The notes beneath the pieces are model-generated. The model was not told the DNA's origin and searched no databases. It saw only the letters and a list, made by a program, of their open reading frames with translations. Source: an archaeon (GTDB lineage: Archaea > Undinarchaeota > CAZHTU01 > JBDRCC01). From it: a stretch of DNA of 29,957 nucleotides. How positions within the stretch are numbered: the first letter of the stretch is position 1; each line of letters starts with the position of its first letter. The position numbers and the translations under genes were made by a program. Where the stretch lies: the NCBI GenBank assembly GCA_043822065.1, contig JBDRCC010000013.1:1-29957 (forward strand). Direction: 5' to 3'. This document shows, piece by piece, positions 1-8,767 of the stretch.

Positions 1-869
1 GTACTGCCGAAGAAATAAAGAAGGATGAGAGACTGTTTACCCACTTCATTGAAGGCTTGGTCAAATATGCGCCTAAAGATTATGATGAAGGCCTCGGTAC
101 GGTTTATGAAAGGTACGTCATGGATAAGTATCTAAGGGGAATAAAAAGGAAATATGAAATAAGCTCAGTTTTAGAGGGCCCGAGCGACGGGATTACAGGA
201 ATCCGTGGAATAAACTCCCTCCCATTCGCAGAGGAGGGCGCCAATGTGACATACTTAACGCCGTCAACGAATGAAATAGCCTATGTCAGCAAGGCGCTCA
301 AAGACCTCAATAGCAACGCCAAAATTGAAATCAAAAAAGGCGGGCCGCTGAAGTTCCCTTTCAAAGACAACACGTTTGACCTGACGTGGAACTTCTGCAT
401 AATTGAGCACTTTATGAATCCGTATCCGCTGGTGGAGGAAATGGCGCGGGTTTCCGGAAAATACGTCCTTCTGATGAACCAGAACAAGTACAATGTCGGA
501 ACTTATCCGCATATTCTTTACCACAAGCTTAAGAAGCAGGAGTGGGATCATGGATCCCTCAAGTGGATGAGTGTTGCCGGACTGAAAAAACTTGCAAGAC
601 ATGCCAACCTGGAAGTTCTCGAAAAGGGCGTTATCGACGTTCCACTCTGGCCCGATACCTGGGACATGCCGGTCAGGGGCATTTTCAAGAGAGTGGTTGG
701 CAGATTCGGCAAGAAGTGGGAGTGGAGCACCATGACCACCCTAAAAAAGAAAGAACATATCCCGCCGGCATTGAAGTTTTTTGAGAAAGTAGAGAATCTC
801 CCGGTTCCGGACTTTGTCAAACTTCCAATAACGCATCACCTGTATTTGCTGTGTAAAAAGATTGAGTAG
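1..869 (+). CDS. Class I SAM-dependent methyltransferase-like protein, 5'-partial (frame open to the window edge)
   Basis: The frame of ORF 57..869 is open back to position 3 (TAEEIKKDERLFTHFIEGLVKY), so the true start is probably outside the window. Methyltransf_11-like 'FPFKDNTFDLTWNFCIIEHF...EEMARVS'. Motif I is atypical (VLEGPSDGITG). Confidence 0.7.
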   Translation, partial: TAEEIKKDERLFTHFIEGLVKYAPKDYDEGLGTVYERYVMDKYLRGIKRKYEISSVLEGPSDGITGIRGINSLPFAEEGANVTYLTPSTNEIAYVSKALKDLNSNAKIEIKKGGPLKFPFKDNTFDLTWNFCIIEHFMNPYPLVEEMARVSGKYVLLMNQNKYNVGTYPHILYHKLKKQEWDHGSLKWMSVAGLKKLARHANLEVLEKGVIDVPLWPDTWDMPVRGIFKRVVGRFGKKWEWSTMTTLKKKEHIPPALKFFEKVENLPVPDFVKLPITHHLYLLCKKIE

Positions 870-870
870 A

Positions 871-2187
871 ATGAAGTTTTGCAGATTAAGCAAAGAAGTG
901 AATGAGAAGATTGAAGCGATTTTAGATATTGTTATTGACGAGATAAGGAAGGACATTCCGGACCTGAAGAGTGTCATTGTTGGCGGAAGCTTCGGAAGGA
1001 AAGAGGGGAGCGTTGTCGTCGACAGGGAGGGGATACATCCCATAAATGATTTTGATGTTTTTGCCATAACCGAGAAGCCATATCCTGAAGAGGTTCTGAA
1101 CAGAATAGGGCTCAGGGCTTCAAAGAAGATAGGAAAGAAAGGGATCATCTCATTCAAGAGATTCGACAAGCGAAAATTAGCCGATCTTAGAAAGTATTTT
1201 TATGTTGATCTCAAGGCAATCCCACTTGAGAAATTAAAAAAACTGCCACCCATGATTCGCTATTATGAGTTAAAAAATGCCTCGCTGACTGTTTACGGTG
1301 ACGATGTCTATGACAAGTTTCCGGATTTCAAAATTGAAGACCTGCCCCTTGCAGAGGGAATCCGGCTATTGTTGAACAGGATGAGCCATCTTATTGAGTT
1401 TTTCTTCCCTGAGTTTGTAACCAAGGAAAAGAATGAGATTGCACACCAGCATTTCTTGATGCACGCGATTAAGATATTCAACGATTCTGCCGGCGCCCTG
1501 CTGCTTTTGAACGGGAAGTATGTTCCGACTTACGTTCAGCGCGCACAGATGATAGTAAAGACGTTCGACAAGGATTTCCCTCAGCTCAAGAAAGTTATGC
1601 CGAGCTATACTAAAAGAGTCAGGGAGTTTTCTAACCTAAAAGTCAAGATGGACTTTTCTGCTTACAGTAATAAGGACTTTGAGTTGTGGACGGATTCAAG
1701 ATTTTACATAGGAGAAGTCGCCAAGTATTATGTCTCAAAGTTTACAGGAAAGGATATATGGGACTGGGACGAGTTCTCGAAAGTCTTTTACAGGGACGTT
1801 GTCAAGAATTACTACAAACCATACCTGATGTATAGCTTCAGAATCCCTGGTTTCGTTGCCGCAGTGTTATCTCCGTTTGTTCAGTACTACTTGAATATAC
1901 TCTACTTCCTAAGAATAAAGAGGGAATTCGGCAGGGTTCACCTGCCATGCTTGTTGAAAATCAGGTCTCCGGAACTGACCTTCTTCTCTGCAGCACCTCT
2001 AATAATATTCTCCTTGAAAGACGATGGTACTGTTGATCTCGAGATGCTAGAACGAGGTAGGAAGCTTCTTGGAAAGACCTTTCCGGTCGATGCAAAGTAC
2101 AAAGGAGCTGACATCAAGTACTGGGAGGAAATAGCGCACTCCTACGCAAATGCATATATCCTATTTGCGTTTTTGAAGATAGTATGA
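871..2187 (+). CDS. DNA polymerase beta-superfamily nucleotidyltransferase domain protein with a helical C-terminal region
   Basis: hG[GS]...DxD signature 'VIVGGSFGRKEG...INDFDVF' and a candidate third Asp in 'YVDLK'. ATG at 871 follows the upstream TAG (the ORF track uses TTG at 862). Confidence 0.7.
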   Translation: MKFCRLSKEVNEKIEAILDIVIDEIRKDIPDLKSVIVGGSFGRKEGSVVVDREGIHPINDFDVFAITEKPYPEEVLNRIGLRASKKIGKKGIISFKRFDKRKLADLRKYFYVDLKAIPLEKLKKLPPMIRYYELKNASLTVYGDDVYDKFPDFKIEDLPLAEGIRLLLNRMSHLIEFFFPEFVTKEKNEIAHQHFLMHAIKIFNDSAGALLLLNGKYVPTYVQRAQMIVKTFDKDFPQLKKVMPSYTKRVREFSNLKVKMDFSAYSNKDFELWTDSRFYIGEVAKYYVSKFTGKDIWDWDEFSKVFYRDVVKNYYKPYLMYSFRIPGFVAAVLSPFVQYYLNILYFLRIKREFGRVHLPCLLKIRSPELTFFSAAPLIIFSLKDDGTVDLEMLERGRKLLGKTFPVDAKYKGADIKYWEEIAHSYANAYILFAFLKIV

Positions 2188-3338
2188 AAAAGACGCTGAT
2201 AATCTGGCTGGACGCAGTATCGCCCGACTTGATTCAGGGCAACATGCCGTTTTTGGAGAAGCTGAGGTCCGGTTCCGAGTTCCGAAGGTTTAAGACGCAC
2301 CTTGGGTTCTCGACCAGCCTTGGCGCTACGTTTTTTACGGGGGTTACTCCGGATCGGCACAACCAGTTTTTCCTGTTCAAGAGAGGAAGCAACTGGACGT
2401 ACCGACACTTTTGGTGGATGCCGCAGATGTTCATGGATGGGCTAAACAACATTGTCCGGCTCTTGGAGGGAAAGTCTTATTTCTACATGGCTCCAAAGGG
2501 AATTCCGCGACGACTCTTGAAGTTCTTTAGCGGCTCGGTGGACGAAAACTACTGCGCTCCAGGCTCCCTGCCGGTTCCGACGCTTTTTGACAAGCTGAGG
2601 GAGAAAGGGCGGAGGTTTGTGTACCTGAAGTGGCCGGTTTTCGGCACGGAGGAGAGGACGACGCTCACGTTCTCTAAAAACAGCGACGAAAGGCGGGCGA
2701 TGTCCCTGATTTCGACTTTCTCGGATGAAGTCGACCTCTATTTTGCGTATTTCGTTGACATGGATGTAAAGGGCCACCTAATAAAGGGGGATAATGAGTA
2801 CCTTTCCGAGCTGACGGAGGAAGACAGGAGAATACGGCAGGTGGTTTCTGAGTTCCGGGGCAGGTTCCCTGACTCCAACGTGATAATATGGGCAGACCAT
2901 GGCATGGTGCGGGTTAAGGAGAGGGTCGACATTATGTCTAAGCTCAATGCCCTGGCACCAGGAGCTGTCCTGGGCAGCAATTACCTTTGCTTCCTTGACG
3001 CCACGGTCGCTAGGTTCTGGTTCATGGACAAGAAGTCGGAAAAGCTTGTAAAGGGTGTGCTTTCCGGAATAAAAGAAGGAAAAATCCTTAGCCAAATGGA
3101 GCTTAAAAAATTTGGGGTCCCTGCCGATGATGCATATGGGCAATTATACTTCTTATTGAAGCCGGGCTATTTGGTGCACCCTAACTATTTTACAGGGAAG
3201 CGGGAGCTTTACAGGATGCACGGCTATTCGCCTGAAACTAAAGAGATGGAAGGGTTCTTTTTATACAGCGGCAGGGCGAAATGCCCGAAAATGAAAGACC
3301 TTAAGGACTGCTACAAGTTTCTGCTTAGGCTGCTTTAG
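2184..3338 (+). CDS. Alkaline phosphatase superfamily protein (nucleotide pyrophosphatase/phosphodiesterase-like)
   Basis: 'IIWLDAV' first metal Asp, 'GFSTSLGATFFTGVTPDRH' nucleophile region, 'DMDVKGH', 'WADHGM', 'MHGY'. ATGA overlap with the upstream gene. Confidence 0.8.
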   Translation: MKKTLIIWLDAVSPDLIQGNMPFLEKLRSGSEFRRFKTHLGFSTSLGATFFTGVTPDRHNQFFLFKRGSNWTYRHFWWMPQMFMDGLNNIVRLLEGKSYFYMAPKGIPRRLLKFFSGSVDENYCAPGSLPVPTLFDKLREKGRRFVYLKWPVFGTEERTTLTFSKNSDERRAMSLISTFSDEVDLYFAYFVDMDVKGHLIKGDNEYLSELTEEDRRIRQVVSEFRGRFPDSNVIIWADHGMVRVKERVDIMSKLNALAPGAVLGSNYLCFLDATVARFWFMDKKSEKLVKGVLSGIKEGKILSQMELKKFGVPADDAYGQLYFLLKPGYLVHPNYFTGKRELYRMHGYSPETKEMEGFFLYSGRAKCPKMKDLKDCYKFLLRLL

Positions 3339-4773
3339 TCCGTCTGCGGTAGATGTACTGGATTGCCCTTATCTCAACAGGCAATGCCCAGAACTGGCGC
3401 CTCCACCTGAATTGTTCGAATTTGTGAAGCAAGTAGCCTGCATACCTAAGTAACGGATTTTTCAGGAAACCCTCCATTCTCGAGAACTGGAAAGCGAGCC
3501 TAGATATCATTGCGAGATCCTGTAAAAAGACCTTTTCCCTTTCACTTAGCCAAGGGCGCGCTATTGTGCTTGTTGGGACATACTCTGCCCACTTTTCAAG
3601 AGAATCTGGAGGGACAAAGCCATGCTCTTTACTCGTTTCATAGAGCTCGGTCCCTGGGAAGGGGGTGAATATTGCAAGTGCGACTTGGGCGTTATCGTCT
3701 ATCTCCTGAAGCTTGGTCATGAGAGATGTGGTCTCGGCCCTTTCTTCTGGAGTCTCGGTCGGGAATCCTGTCATGAAAGACAGGATTGGTGATATCCCAT
3801 ACTGCTTGCAGTATTGGACTGATTTAACTATTTGCTCAACTTTTGTGTCTTTTTTAACAAAATCTAGAATTCTCTGCGAACCGGACTCCGCGCCGAGAAA
3901 CACTGCAGTACACTTGGAATCCCGCATCTTGTTGAGGAAGTCTTCTTTTAACCTAGACATCAAATCGGGCCTTATGTCGGCTTCCCATCCGATGCCCTGG
4001 TCCTGGAGTGTCTTGATTATGTCCTCGCTTCTCAGGAGGTTCACAAAAAAGTTGTCGTCCCAGAAGATAATCTTCCCGATTTTCGTCTCCTTGCGAATAG
4101 CATCTAGTTCCTCTACGAATCTTTCAGCACTCATCGCACGCCAGGAGCGCTTATTGAATTCGCAGTTGTAGCAGTAAGTACACCTAAACGGGCAGCCCCT
4201 GGACGTCTGCATTGCGATAACGCTGCCAGACTTCTCTGAAACGTATTTTTTGAAGTCTATTAAGTCCCAGGGAAGTATGTCGAGCTCGTCTGAAGGGAGG
4301 AACGCCCGTTGCCGGTTCAGTATTAGTTTCTTGCCTTTTGAGTACCCTACACCATCAACGTTCTTTGGCTCCTCGCCCTTTTCGATTTTTCTAACAAGTT
4401 CTAGGAACGTCTGCTCACCTTCACCAACGACGACATAATCAACATACTCATGCTCAAGGGTTTGTTTTGGAAGGAGGGATGGATGGACTCCCCCCCAAAC
4501 AATGGGTATGTTCGGGTTCTCTTCCCTGACTGCTTTTGCTATCCGGATTCCGTGCGATATCTGCGTCCCCGTCATTGCAGAGATGCCAATTACAGTACCG
4601 TTCTTTGAAGAGGCGAGTACTTTCTCCAGGTACTTATCTTCAACCCTGGTATCAACCATCTCAACCGAGTATCCCTCATTTATTACTGGCGATGCAACGG
4701 CCATGATTGAAAGTGGCTGCCTTGCAAACTCGTCCATTCCAGTTTTGGGATAGACTAGGGTTATGTCACTCAT
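3325..4773 (-). CDS. Cobalamin-binding radical SAM protein (class B methyltransferase-like) #1
   Basis: B12-binding domain 'IGISAMTG', 'WGGVHPS', 'VGEGE'; CxxxCxxC in 'SRGCPFRCTYC'; 'DDNFF', 'GAESGSQ', 'GFPTET', 'TPFPGTELY'. Start set at ATG 4773 (MSDITLVYPK), with GGTGA upstream and overlap with the previous stop. Confidence 0.9.
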   Translation of the reverse strand: MSDITLVYPKTGMDEFARQPLSIMAVASPVINEGYSVEMVDTRVEDKYLEKVLASSKNGTVIGISAMTGTQISHGIRIAKAVREENPNIPIVWGGVHPSLLPKQTLEHEYVDYVVVGEGEQTFLELVRKIEKGEEPKNVDGVGYSKGKKLILNRQRAFLPSDELDILPWDLIDFKKYVSEKSGSVIAMQTSRGCPFRCTYCYNCEFNKRSWRAMSAERFVEELDAIRKETKIGKIIFWDDNFFVNLLRSEDIIKTLQDQGIGWEADIRPDLMSRLKEDFLNKMRDSKCTAVFLGAESGSQRILDFVKKDTKVEQIVKSVQYCKQYGISPILSFMTGFPTETPEERAETTSLMTKLQEIDDNAQVALAIFTPFPGTELYETSKEHGFVPPDSLEKWAEYVPTSTIARPWLSEREKVFLQDLAMISRLAFQFSRMEGFLKNPLLRYAGYLLHKFEQFRWRRQFWALPVEIRAIQYIYRRRTKAA

Positions 4774-5704
4774 TTTTATCACCAAGGAGCTTGAAAGTGA
4801 AGAGCACGCCAACGAGAGCCGGGAATATGGCCAGTGTGAAATAAGAGACTATTGAGAATGAAACAGTTGCGGCAGGTGGGATAGCATAGATGGAATAGAT
4901 GAAAACCAGCGTTGCCTCCCGCGTGCCAAAGCCTGCGATGGTTATTGGTATTAGCCCGACCAGACTGGCAATGGGCGTTGCTGTTATGAAAAAGAGATAG
5001 GGAAGTTCGATAGAGAACGCATGTGCCACTATGTAACCCTGAGTGTAGACGGTGACGTAGTAGAGAAGTGAGAGCAGGAAAACAGGGAGAACGTCCGAGA
5101 TCTTCGGCAGATTTTTGTAGAATGACTCAAAGGACGCTTTAGCCATTTCCTTGTAGGACGCTGGAACAAAGTGATGATAAAATACCCTAAGGATTGGTTT
5201 TGAGTATCTTTGCTCCATCAGGATAAAGAAGCCAGTGACGAGGCCAAGGAACAGGAAGATTACCAGATAGAGGAATCCTGCAAAGTAGTTTATCAGCAGT
5301 AGGAGTCCTATCGTGCCGAAGCTGCACAGCGCAATCAAGTCAAGGAGGCGGTCAATGATAACGCTCGAACTGCACTCCGGCATCGTTTTTCCGGTTGCTT
5401 TCTGGAGATAGGGTATCTTTACCAGGCTGCCGAGTTTCGCAGGACTTATGTTACCATAAAAAAGGCCAATAAGCTGGATTTGGGCAAGGTGCCAGAAGCT
5501 AACTGATATGCCCTGCTTTTTCAGGAGAAAGTTCCACTTGTAAGTCATTACCAGAATGGCAGGTATGGAAAGGCATAATGCGTAAAGAATGTACTCTACC
5601 TTAGAGGCAAGGACAGTTGCCATTAGCTGAGCAGGCCCTATGGACCAGACTATATAGGCAAGTAGTATGAGGCCTACTGGAAGGAACAGCCGGATAAGCT
5701 TCAT
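4766..5704 (-). CDS. Lysylphosphatidylglycerol-synthase TM-domain / flippase-like membrane protein (UPF0104-type)
   Basis: Multi-pass hydrophobic protein with 'KWNFLL', 'GLFYGNISPAKLG', 'SVIIDRLLD' and 'LIPITIAGFGTRE' family motifs. Confidence 0.85.
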   Translation of the reverse strand: MKLIRLFLPVGLILLAYIVWSIGPAQLMATVLASKVEYILYALCLSIPAILVMTYKWNFLLKKQGISVSFWHLAQIQLIGLFYGNISPAKLGSLVKIPYLQKATGKTMPECSSSVIIDRLLDLIALCSFGTIGLLLLINYFAGFLYLVIFLFLGLVTGFFILMEQRYSKPILRVFYHHFVPASYKEMAKASFESFYKNLPKISDVLPVFLLSLLYYVTVYTQGYIVAHAFSIELPYLFFITATPIASLVGLIPITIAGFGTREATLVFIYSIYAIPPAATVSFSIVSYFTLAIFPALVGVLFTFKLLGDKNE

Positions 5705-5724
5705 AAGTTAAATACGTGTACCCA

Positions 5725-5797
5725 TATTTAAAGACATTTCGATAAAGAAATTCAAAATGGGATTTATTCAAAGACAATTGCAATAAGTGTATATATA
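5725..5797. promoter_or_regulatory. Divergent archaeal TATA boxes
   Basis: TTTAAATA on the minus strand (5725-5732), 20 nt before ATG 5704. TATATATA on the plus strand (5790-5797), 23 nt before ATG 5821. AT-rich intergenic region. Confidence 0.55.
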
Positions 5798-5820
5798 TGA
5801 ACCGTCTAAAATAATAGAAA

Positions 5821-7206
5821 ATGCCCAGCAAGATTGCACTTGTTTGTGTCAGGCCAAAGGAGGAAGCGAGGGGCACGTCTATGCCTCCCCTTGGCATCGC
5901 ATATTTAGGTACTATTCTGGCAGCTAAGGGATATACTACGAAACTCTTGGACCAGTGTTTTAATGATTCTCAGGAATTGTTTGAAAAATTAAAGAAGTTC
6001 AACCCAGATGTCATCGGCGTAAGCTGCATGAGTCCCTTTTATCCAGAAGCTGTCAAAATACTTGATTTCGCAAAAAAGATTGGAGCCGTTACGATCATTG
6101 GAGGACCGCACATAACGGTAAAGCCGGAGGATATCCTTGTCGACAAGTCTGCGGATTTTGCCGTGATTGGAGAGGGGGAAGAGACAATTCTTGATCTGCT
6201 CGAGAATCTTGATAATCCTGAAAAAGTGAAGGGAATCGCATTCCGCAATGGGGACAAACTGCACATTGCGCCTCCGCGTGAGCCAATCGCAGACATCGAT
6301 GGCATACTCCACCCGGATTTTGATTTGCTGGACGATCTGAATCAGTATTTAAAGAGTAACGAACTCCCGCTACTGTCATCCCGAGGCTGTGCATTTCGGT
6401 GTAGTTTCTGCCAGCCAGCCACATCTAAGATATGGGGGAAGACGGTGCGGTTCAGATCCCCGTCTGACGTCGCGGATGAAATTCAGTCCCTGATGGAAAA
6501 ATACAACATCAAGCATTTTACCTTTGTGGATGACAACCTGACACTAAGAAAGGACACACTTGAAGAATTTTGTAATAAAATTGAACAATTCGAGATTACG
6601 TTTTCGGTGAATTCCAGGGTTGACACGCTAAATGAGGAAAAAATAAAACTACTAAAGAAGGCAGGATGCATCGGCATAAGTTTTGGTGTCGAGTCTGGGA
6701 GCCAAAAAATATTGGATACGCTCCGTAAAGGAATAACCATTGAACAGATAAAAAATACTTTCGCGCTCTGCAAGAAATACAAGATGCCGACCAAGGCATA
6801 TATCATGCTTGGGAGTCCTGGGGAAAGTCATGATACCTTGCGAAGAACTGAGGAGTTATTAAAAGAGATAAAGCCGAACAGCGTTTCTTTTTCTATTACG
6901 ACCCCCGTGTTTGGATCATATCTATACGACGAGGCAAAATCAGAGGGAAGTTTAGCAAGTATTAGCTATAAATCCCATGACTACCGAGGGGAAGCCCATA
7001 AATTTCAAACTGAGACCCCAATAAAGCTCGAAAACCTCACACTTAATGATTTAATACAGTTCAGAGAAAGAATCATAAGGAAGCGGAGAAAGGCATACTT
7101 ATTCAGGGGAATGTTGAAGGTATTAAAAAACTTTATTCGAAGACCTTCAGTATCGTATCTTAAGGATAGGTGGAGAGAGTATCATCAGCTCAAATACATG
7201 GGATAA
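5821..7206 (+). CDS. Cobalamin-binding radical SAM protein #2
   Basis: 'PPLGIAYL', 'IGVSCMS', 'IGGPHIT', 'IGEGE'; 'SRGCAFRCSFC'; 'VDDNLT', 'GVESGSQ', 'GSPGES'. Confidence 0.9.
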   Translation: MPSKIALVCVRPKEEARGTSMPPLGIAYLGTILAAKGYTTKLLDQCFNDSQELFEKLKKFNPDVIGVSCMSPFYPEAVKILDFAKKIGAVTIIGGPHITVKPEDILVDKSADFAVIGEGEETILDLLENLDNPEKVKGIAFRNGDKLHIAPPREPIADIDGILHPDFDLLDDLNQYLKSNELPLLSSRGCAFRCSFCQPATSKIWGKTVRFRSPSDVADEIQSLMEKYNIKHFTFVDDNLTLRKDTLEEFCNKIEQFEITFSVNSRVDTLNEEKIKLLKKAGCIGISFGVESGSQKILDTLRKGITIEQIKNTFALCKKYKMPTKAYIMLGSPGESHDTLRRTEELLKEIKPNSVSFSITTPVFGSYLYDEAKSEGSLASISYKSHDYRGEAHKFQTETPIKLENLTLNDLIQFRERIIRKRRKAYLFRGMLKVLKNFIRRPSVSYLKDRWREYHQLKYMG

Positions 7207-7290
7207 GCGTAATGGCAGAGACCTGTAAGCCGTATAAAACGTCAACACATAAAGTTTATGAGGCGATAAAAGAAATAGGTAAAGACGAAT

Positions 7291-8706
7291 ATGAGAGTTA
7301 GCTTTCTACAGAACATGGGCATTGACCAGTTTGGAGTCATGTATATCTCTGCAATGCTCAAGGGGCAGGGGCACAAATGCGAGGCTTTTATCGATGGAGT
7401 GGAGAAAAATTTCATGGATGTGGTCGTCAAAAGCAAGCCGGACGTTATAGCTATTTCTTCGTCAACATCTGAGCATAAGTGGCTTAGAAGAACAGTTGCA
7501 ACTGTAAAAGAGCAGTTAGATGTGCCAATCATCGTCGGAGGGCCGCATGCAACATTCTATCCTGATATTTTAGAAAAAGACAAAAACATCGATGCAATCT
7601 GCATCGGGGAAGGTGACGAGGCAGCAGTAGAGATATTCGATAGGTGGGAGTCTGGCAAAGACGCCACTAAAGTCAGGAACATGTGGGTGCGGAAAGACGG
7701 AAAGATGCACCATAACCCTGTGCGCAAGTTAAACGAAGACCTTGACTCGCTGCCGTTTCCAGACAGGGAGATATACTATAGCAAATACAAGTATATGCGC
7801 AATGTTAGTATAAAGAAATTTCTTGCCGGCCGTGGCTGCCCCTATGACTGTTCCTACTGTCATAATCATCAGGAAAAGGACCTGTACAAGGGACACGGGA
7901 AGTATGTGCGCTACCGTTCAGTAAGCAATGTAATCGAGGAAATCAAGGACGTGGAAAAAAAGTATGGCATGAAGCGCCTTACGTTTTCCGATGACACGTT
8001 TATCATCAACCGAAAATGGCTGGAGGAATTTCTGTCCGAATACAAAAAAGAAGTCGGAATCCCATTCAATTGCAACGTTCGCGCGAATCTTATTGATGAG
8101 GACCTTGTCAAGAAGCTGAAAGATGCTAACTGCGTCAGTGTCGCCATGGGCACTGAATCAGGAAATGAGGAGCTGCGCGACAGAGTCCTATGCAAGCACA
8201 TAACAAACGCGCAGATACTGGATTCGTGCAGGCTCTTCAGAAAATATGGAATTAAGTATAAGAGCTTTAACATGATGTGCCTCCCAGACGAGACCATAGA
8301 GCAGGGTTGGGATACCGTAAGGTTAAACGCACAGATGAAGGCAGACATGGCCACCTGCCTGATACTTCAGCCATACCCGAGGCTCGCCATCACAAATTAT
8401 GCCATCTCGAAGGGTTACCTGCCGAAAAACTACAACGTTGAATTCCTGGACGAGCTTAAGCATTCATACGCAGTGATTGACTCTCCGGATAAAAAACTGC
8501 TGGAGAACCTTTCAGCTTTCGTGATGATTTGTGCAAAGCACCCGTCCCTTATCCCGTTTGTCAGGCCGCTGATAAAGCTCCCCCCAAACAAGCTTTTCAA
8601 ACTTTTCTCCAATGTGACATATGCGTATTACACCCTGAAGATGTACGAACTGGGCATGCGTGAGGTAGTTGAATACGCCCTGAACTCGCGCTATCGCACT
8701 CAATAG
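7291..8706 (+). CDS. Cobalamin-binding radical SAM protein #3
   Basis: 'GVMYISAML', 'VGGPHATF', 'IGEGD'; 'GRGCPYDCSYC'; 'SDDTF', 'GTESGNE', 'LPDET'. Confidence 0.9.
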   Translation: MRVSFLQNMGIDQFGVMYISAMLKGQGHKCEAFIDGVEKNFMDVVVKSKPDVIAISSSTSEHKWLRRTVATVKEQLDVPIIVGGPHATFYPDILEKDKNIDAICIGEGDEAAVEIFDRWESGKDATKVRNMWVRKDGKMHHNPVRKLNEDLDSLPFPDREIYYSKYKYMRNVSIKKFLAGRGCPYDCSYCHNHQEKDLYKGHGKYVRYRSVSNVIEEIKDVEKKYGMKRLTFSDDTFIINRKWLEEFLSEYKKEVGIPFNCNVRANLIDEDLVKKLKDANCVSVAMGTESGNEELRDRVLCKHITNAQILDSCRLFRKYGIKYKSFNMMCLPDETIEQGWDTVRLNAQMKADMATCLILQPYPRLAITNYAISKGYLPKNYNVEFLDELKHSYAVIDSPDKKLLENLSAFVMICAKHPSLIPFVRPLIKLPPNKLFKLFSNVTYAYYTLKMYELGMREVVEYALNSRYRTQ

Positions 8707-8730
8707 ATTCAAAATCTGCGCACCGTATGG

Positions 8731-8747
8731 CGAAAAGCATTTTATAG
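8731..8747 (+). promoter_or_regulatory. BRE + TATA box
   Basis: CGAAAAGCA followed by TTTTATAG, ending 20 nt before ATG 8768. Confidence 0.55.
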
Positions 8748-8767
8748 GGGTAGAAAATAGATAAGGC

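Noticed and set aside
871-2187. CBASS CD-NTase or MNT-HEPN toxin-antitoxin
   Set aside because: No effector or toxin gene is adjacent; the neighbours are a methyltransferase and an AlkP enzyme in a glycan cluster. Only the generic Pol-beta motif is shared.
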